Assembly (NCBI GenBank): GCA_029775995.1
Contig: JARVJX010000002.1
Span: 1-52,394 of the forward strand
Direction of reading: 5' to 3'
Origin: Nitrososphaeria archaeon
Lineage (GTDB): Archaea > Thermoproteota > Nitrososphaeria > Nitrososphaerales > JARVJX01
Length of the DNA stretch: 52,394 nt
A model generated the notes under the pieces. That model had not been told where the DNA came from, did no database searches, and was given only the letters and a program-made list of their open reading frames with translations. Made by a program: the position numbers and the translations under genes. Positions 47,368-52,394 of this stretch are shown here, piece after piece (positions within the stretch are counted from its first letter, which is position 1; every line of letters begins with the position of its first letter).

Positions 47368-49743
47368 TTATTTATGGATGACTTTCCAAATCTTCTCAGG
47401 TGAAAGGGGTAGCTCGGTTATGCGAACGCTGAAAGGTGATAGGGCATCTTCTACTGCATTTGCTATTGCAGCAGGAACTCCCATAGGAAGTCCTTCACCT
47501 TTACCCTTACCACCAGTAGCTGTATAAGGTGTTGGAACATGGTGCTCATATATTTCGATCTTTGGAGCCTCAGCAATATTAATAAATCCATAATCCATTA
47601 AGGTTGGATTTTGTAATATTCCATTCTCATCATATACGAATTCTTCTGACAAGGCATTACTTACCCCTAAACTCATACCTCCTTGAATCTGTCCCTTCAA
47701 GAGCAATTCGTTTATTGGTTTACCCGAATCATCAACTACTACATATCTATGTATCTTTATCTTCCCTGTATTAGGAGAGACCTCAGCAATAACTCCATGC
47801 ACATCTATTGAGAATAGGGTTGGTACCTTCAAATCATGGTAGGCTATGCTTTCTAAACCAGGTTCCATACCATTAGGAAGCTTTGTAGGATCTAAAATGG
47901 CAACTTTAGCTAACTCGTAAATACTCATCTTCTTACTTTTATCTTTATTATAGATTACAAAACCATCACTAAAGGTAAAATCTTCCATCTTTGCATCAAT
48001 TTTCATTAGATGAGCTGCAAGTTTTGCCAATTTTTCTTTAATACGTCTAGCAGCAATTATAGCAGCACTAGCATTTCTAGCAGGCTGAGCATACCATCCC
48101 TGACCATAGGGACATAGAGCAGTATCTCCCTTTATTACCTTAACTTCATCTATCTTAACCCCAATTTCTCCAGCTACTATTTGGGATAGTATTGTTTCAT
48201 GGCCAGTGCCTGTTGAAACATCTGGAACTGAAACAGTAACCTTTCCATCCCAATCTATCCTTATATGGGCAACACCATACGTGGGTATACTTTCTAAGAG
48301 TACTTGAAGACCAGAACTTAACCCACCAATCTCAATAGCTGGTACTATTCCAATTCCTATGTATCTCCCTTGCTTTCTCAATTCTTCTTGCTCCCTCTTA
48401 AACTTCTCATAATCCAATATTCGAACACACTTTTTGAAGGCCCCTATGTAGTCTCCTGCATCATGAAAGATACCAGTTGGTGAAGTATAGGGGAAATTAT
48501 CTATTAGATTTTTCAACCTTAACTCAACTCTATCCATCTTCATCTCTTTTGCAGCTATATCAAGGAGCCTCTCTAGGGCAAATCTTGGAGGCATGGAGCC
48601 AAAGGCTCTGCTGGGCTGAAGAGGGCCTTTATTCGTTACAGCACATATAACTTCTATCCCTATATTTGGAATTTTATAGGCATTATGAATTAAATAGGCT
48701 CCTAACCAAGTCATAAGCATACCTAAATATACTCCTCCATAACCAGGTCCTACATTGGCTATTATTTTATCCTTTAAACCTGTTATTATTCCATCCTTTG
48801 TAAGGGCAATTTGCAAATAATGGGATTCTTCTCTAGCTTGAGTAGACGTAGTTAAATTTTCCGTTCTGCTTTCAATCCATTTTACCGGTTTTTGTATTTT
48901 TAATCCTGCATAAGCTATTACTAACTCTTCACTATATATGGAGGCTTTTGTTCCAAAGGAACCTCCAATATCGTTAGGAGCTATTACCCTAATTCTTTCA
49001 GGAGGAAGGTTGAGAATTTTAGAAAAGGCATCTCTCCACTGAAAGGGTCTTTGGGTTGTTATCCATACTGTTAAACCAGATATAGGATCATAACTTGAAA
49101 TGCATCCTCTAGTTTCCATAGGTGAACCTCCACATCTATGCGTGTAGAACTTTTCACTAAAGATGTAATCGGCATTAGAGAAGGCTTTATCAGGGTCTCC
49201 AAAATTCTTTTTCTCATAGTATTCTACATTACTATCCCAATGATCGTATAGTTTGGGAGCCTTCTCCTTTAGGGCTTCCTCAGCATCTACTATTACAGGT
49301 AAGGGTTCATAATCCACTTGAATTAGCTCTAAAGCATCTGTAGCCAAATAGGGGTCTTTAGCTATCACTAAAGCCAATGGCTCCCCAAAGTACCTTACTT
49401 TTCCTAAAGCTAAAGGGTAGTATTTAGGTATGTTAAATTTCACTTCTGGATTCAATAACCAGAGCCTTGGGACAAAATCCTCTAGAATCATAGGAGGCAT
49501 TCTCTTCTGTAGCTCTTCTCCAGTAATTACATCTACTACACCCTTTTGCTTTTTTGCATCAGCAACATCTATAGATTTTATTAAGGCATGGGCATAAGGA
49601 GATCTTAGAAAGACTCCATAATGCATATTACTAAGTTTTATATTTCCAATATATTCTCCTTTACCCAATAAAATCCTTAAATCTTCTTTTCTTTTTATAG
49701 GTGCTCCTAAAAGAGGATTTGTACTACTCATTTCTCTCACCAC
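47368..49743 (-). CDS. Second xanthine dehydrogenase family molybdopterin subunit with deviant active-site loops
   Basis: RKED.R.L.G.G.Y, METRG, TTQ, IGGSFGTK, QPSRAFG, TGTGHET, GQIQGG, GGKGKGE. Confidence 0.92.
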   Translation of the reverse strand: MVREMSSTNPLLGAPIKRKEDLRILLGKGEYIGNIKLSNMHYGVFLRSPYAHALIKSIDVADAKKQKGVVDVITGEELQKRMPPMILEDFVPRLWLLNPEVKFNIPKYYPLALGKVRYFGEPLALVIAKDPYLATDALELIQVDYEPLPVIVDAEEALKEKAPKLYDHWDSNVEYYEKKNFGDPDKAFSNADYIFSEKFYTHRCGGSPMETRGCISSYDPISGLTVWITTQRPFQWRDAFSKILNLPPERIRVIAPNDIGGSFGTKASIYSEELVIAYAGLKIQKPVKWIESRTENLTTSTQAREESHYLQIALTKDGIITGLKDKIIANVGPGYGGVYLGMLMTWLGAYLIHNAYKIPNIGIEVICAVTNKGPLQPSRAFGSMPPRFALERLLDIAAKEMKMDRVELRLKNLIDNFPYTSPTGIFHDAGDYIGAFKKCVRILDYEKFKREQEELRKQGRYIGIGIVPAIEIGGLSSGLQVLLESIPTYGVAHIRIDWDGKVTVSVPDVSTGTGHETILSQIVAGEIGVKIDEVKVIKGDTALCPYGQGWYAQPARNASAAIIAARRIKEKLAKLAAHLMKIDAKMEDFTFSDGFVIYNKDKSKKMSIYELAKVAILDPTKLPNGMEPGLESIAYHDLKVPTLFSIDVHGVIAEVSPNTGKIKIHRYVVVDDSGKPINELLLKGQIQGGMSLGVSNALSEEFVYDENGILQNPTLMDYGFINIAEAPKIEIYEHHVPTPYTATGGKGKGEGLPMGVPAAIANAVEDALSPFSVRITELPLSPEKIWKVIHK

Positions 49744-50237
49744 CTAAAGGCTTCCTTTAATTTATCTTTTGGTATGCCTGTAAGAGTTTCTGAAGCGTAT
49801 TTAATAGCATCAATGATATTTGTATAGCCTGTGCATCTACAAAGATTCCCTTTTAAAAATTCTCTTATCTCTTCTTCAGAAGGTGTTAAATTCTTCTTTA
49901 ATAAGGAGTAAGTAGCCATCAAAAATCCACTGGTACAAAATCCACATTGAAGAGCATGGTTTTCCCAGAAGCCCTTTTGTATAGCATGTAGCTCTCCATC
50001 TTTAGCCAACCCTTCAACTGTTACTATATGCCCTTCATTAGCCATAGCAGCAAAAATTAAACAGGACTTTACAAGCTTGCCATTTAAGATGACTGAGCAA
50101 GAGCCACACCTCCCTACACCACAGGAAACATTAACACTTAAGGCATCAACCTTTTCCCTTAGAAAATCAGAGAGTAGCATTCTAGGTTCAACTTCTTCTT
50201 CAACTAAAACCCCATTGACCTTCATTCTAATTTTCAA
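49737..50237 (-). CDS. 2x[2Fe-2S] small subunit (CoxS/CutC-like)
   Basis: SCGVGRCGSC...SC; LQCGFC...NLCRCTGY. Confidence 0.94.
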   Translation of the reverse strand: MKIRMKVNGVLVEEEVEPRMLLSDFLREKVDALSVNVSCGVGRCGSCSVILNGKLVKSCLIFAAMANEGHIVTVEGLAKDGELHAIQKGFWENHALQCGFCTSGFLMATYSLLKKNLTPSEEEIREFLKGNLCRCTGYTNIIDAIKYASETLTGIPKDKLKEAFRW

Positions 50238-51112
50238 ATTCTAGCACCTGCCCTTTCCAAAGATAAATTTAAAGAATTTTCTACTAAAGTAGCTATTAAA
50301 GCCCTTCTATATTCGCTTGATGCCATCCAATCACTTTGAGGGTTTAAAGTTTCAGAAGCTATCTTAGAAGCCTCTACTATATCCTTATCTTCCACCTTTT
50401 TACCTACTATTACATCTTCAGCTCCCTTTACTCTTTCTGGTTTTGGTAGGATTCCACCAACGGCTATTCTACAGTCTTTAACAACTTTATTTTCATCTAT
50501 TTTAACTAAGGTTGCCACATTGATTAAGGATATATCACCCTGATGATAAGGGAACTTTAGAAAGCTTGAACCAACCCTTCCCTTAACTTTTGGGATTTTG
50601 ATCTCCAACAACAACTCATCAGGAAGGAGGGAAGTTTCAAAGGGCCCCATTAGAAATTCATCAGCCTTTAAAGTTCTCTTACCCTTATTGCTTATAGTTA
50701 ACAATAAGGCTTCTAAAGCTAAAACAACTGGTAAGTAATCAGCTGCAGGATCACTATGGCAAACATTTCCTCCTATAGTACCCATATTTCTTATAGCATG
50801 ATCAGCTATATTTTTTGCAGCATCTACTAAAGCTTTTGCATATCTACTTAGCAATTCACTTTCTAACACTTCATTATGGCGTGTAAGGGCTCCTATATTT
50901 ATATAATTATCATCTTCCTTAATATAGGAAAGTTCAGAGAGTTTATTGATATCTATTACAATCTTTGGTGATAAAACTCTAAGCTTCATCAAGGGTATAA
51001 GGCTTTGTCCTCCTGCAAGGACCTTTGCATCTTGTTGATACTTCTCTAACAAATCTAAAGCTTCTTTCAGTATATTAGGAGATTCGTATTCAAAATTTTT
51101 TGGGTAATACAT
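50234..51112 (-). CDS. FAD-binding medium subunit (CoxM/CutB-like)
   Basis: LAGGQSLIPLMKLR, IRNMGTIGGN..H.DPAAD, ASSEYR. Confidence 0.94.
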   Translation of the reverse strand: MYYPKNFEYESPNILKEALDLLEKYQQDAKVLAGGQSLIPLMKLRVLSPKIVIDINKLSELSYIKEDDNYINIGALTRHNEVLESELLSRYAKALVDAAKNIADHAIRNMGTIGGNVCHSDPAADYLPVVLALEALLLTISNKGKRTLKADEFLMGPFETSLLPDELLLEIKIPKVKGRVGSSFLKFPYHQGDISLINVATLVKIDENKVVKDCRIAVGGILPKPERVKGAEDVIVGKKVEDKDIVEASKIASETLNPQSDWMASSEYRRALIATLVENSLNLSLERAGARI

Positions 51113-51168
51113 TTCCTCTCAGCTATATTTAATAACTTAATATAAATACATTTCTCCTTTCTAAATTT

Positions 51169-51972
51169 TTATATTTTCTCAAATTGCTTTTTGCATTCAT
51201 TTATGAGCCAATTAGGATCCTCCTTCCATAGCTCATCAGAGAAAATCTCTACTTCATAAAATCCATCATAACCTGTATCTTTTATAGCAGATAATATGCT
51301 CTTTAAAGGAATTATTCCATAACCCATTATGGTTCTATCATTTAGGGAACGAGTTTTCTCCCTCCAATCGTTTATATGTACCCCAAAGATCTTTTCTGAA
51401 GCTCTCTTTATTTGAGAATATAAATCTCTCTCCCACCATAAATGGTAAACATCAAAGAAAATACCCAAATTCTTTGAGTCAATCTCCTCAACCATATCTA
51501 GCGCATCTTTTAAGGTATGAATTATAGTCCAATCAGCTCTATACATAGGATGAATAGGTTCTAAAGCTAATTTAACCTTATATTTTTCAGCAACGGGTAT
51601 AAGCTCCTTAAGGCAACTTTTAACCCTTGCAATAGCGTCTTCTTGAGTAAATTTTCCTATAGGCCCAGTGACAACTAAAAGACAGTCAGCCTTTAGCTTT
51701 GAAGTCAATTCAATGGCCTTAATGGCATCTTTCATTCTGCCTTTAAGAGTTTCTTCACTATCTTGAGTAAAGAGACCACAAAAGGAAACTTCTGCTACAT
51801 GCATTTTAAACTCATTAAGTAATCTAATTCCCTTCTCAATTCCATATTTCTCTATTTTATCCCTGAAGACTCCTATACCTTTAATACCATTAAGAGAATA
51901 ATTTTTAACATCCTGTTCAAAGTCCCAGTTAATGGTGGTGATTTCACTTATAGATAACTTATTTATATCCAA
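51169..51972 (-). CDS. Sugar phosphate isomerase/epimerase (xylose-isomerase-like TIM barrel)
   Basis: LALEP.HP, FDVYH, VHIND, DR..MG.G.I, EVEIFS metal-binding motifs. Confidence 0.9.
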   Translation of the reverse strand: MDINKLSISEITTINWDFEQDVKNYSLNGIKGIGVFRDKIEKYGIEKGIRLLNEFKMHVAEVSFCGLFTQDSEETLKGRMKDAIKAIELTSKLKADCLLVVTGPIGKFTQEDAIARVKSCLKELIPVAEKYKVKLALEPIHPMYRADWTIIHTLKDALDMVEEIDSKNLGIFFDVYHLWWERDLYSQIKRASEKIFGVHINDWREKTRSLNDRTIMGYGIIPLKSILSAIKDTGYDGFYEVEIFSDELWKEDPNWLINECKKQFEKI

Positions 51973-52030
51973 CTTCCCTCTTACTAAGGTCTTTTTTTAT
52001 TAATATAATAAGTTATGCTATTAATCAGGT

Positions 52031-52394
52031 GATGTTGTCACGATAAGGTTTGACCCTTTTGTATAATTCCTTTGCCCATCGAGCTTGTTTATTGAGGGTT
52101 CTAGGCTTATTCTATGCAAGCTCTAAGGTTCTGATGGATAGGGTAAGGGAGAGTAAGTAGAATAGCTCTTCAAGAGTAAAAAGACCCCCTTGGAGGTGAA
52201 GGTCCTTCTTCTATGCTCTGCTCCTCAGCTCTATCTTACAGAAAGGCTACGAGCTTGCTGGGAGAACTATCCTATAGGGCTGTGTAAAGGTCCTTCAAAG
52301 CCTTGAGGGATACCTTTAAGGCCTGAGAAGAAGTATCCTAGATGTATAGCTTTGGATGAGACCAAGAAGAAGCTGATAGGTAAGCAGATCATCC
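52031..52394 (+). mobile_element. Degenerate IS6-family element (left part, runs off the window)
   Basis: Frameshifted pieces LFKSKKTPLEVKV / ALSYRKATSLLG / PEKKYPRCIALDETKKKLIGKQ match the archaeal IS6 transposase LSYR and DETK motifs. Candidate left end GATGTTGTC at about 52031. Confidence 0.75.

Noticed and set aside
47273-47527. 84-aa ORF overlapping the 3' end of the second Mo subunit
   Set aside because: Mostly antisense to a real gene; its 5' part may be gene debris but is unassignable.

Overview
AT-rich archaeal chromosomal window. Evidence for archaeal origin: TATA/BRE-like promoters, GAGGTGA-type ribosome-binding sites, archaeal-type GlyA, Pgk and MoeA-PBP, and a PEF-CTERM surface protein. 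A thermophilic, Nitrososphaerota-like host is my inference only. Left end (1-2.8 kb): a decaying integrated element, with an IS1595/ISH4-type end inserted into a dead tyrosine integrase, followed by a wHTH gene, an N4-C methyltransferase fused to an SNase-like domain, and a nonsense-inactivated MjaI-family endonuclease. Middle (2.9-36 kb): mostly housekeeping and accessory metabolism (moeA x2, sfsA, larB/larC, ETF-FixCX, mdh, glyA, pgk, glycosyltransferases, a nucleotidyltransferase plus B12-radical SAM operon, SCO) and several pseudogenes. Right part (36.4-52 kb): a catabolic island ending in an IS6 remnant. Its core is the most striking feature. A split PEP-dikinase-type small-molecule phosphotransferase (phenylphosphate synthase PpsA/PpsB-like) has its phospho-His subunit gene placed inside a xanthine-dehydrogenase-family molybdoenzyme operon. 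Divergently from a 53-bp spacer lie SCP2, HPr-kinase-like and ATP-binding-subunit genes. A second molybdoenzyme triad with deviant active-site loops converges on this cluster. I saw no rRNA, tRNA or CRISPR array. All family assignments are by motif recognition; no database searches were run.
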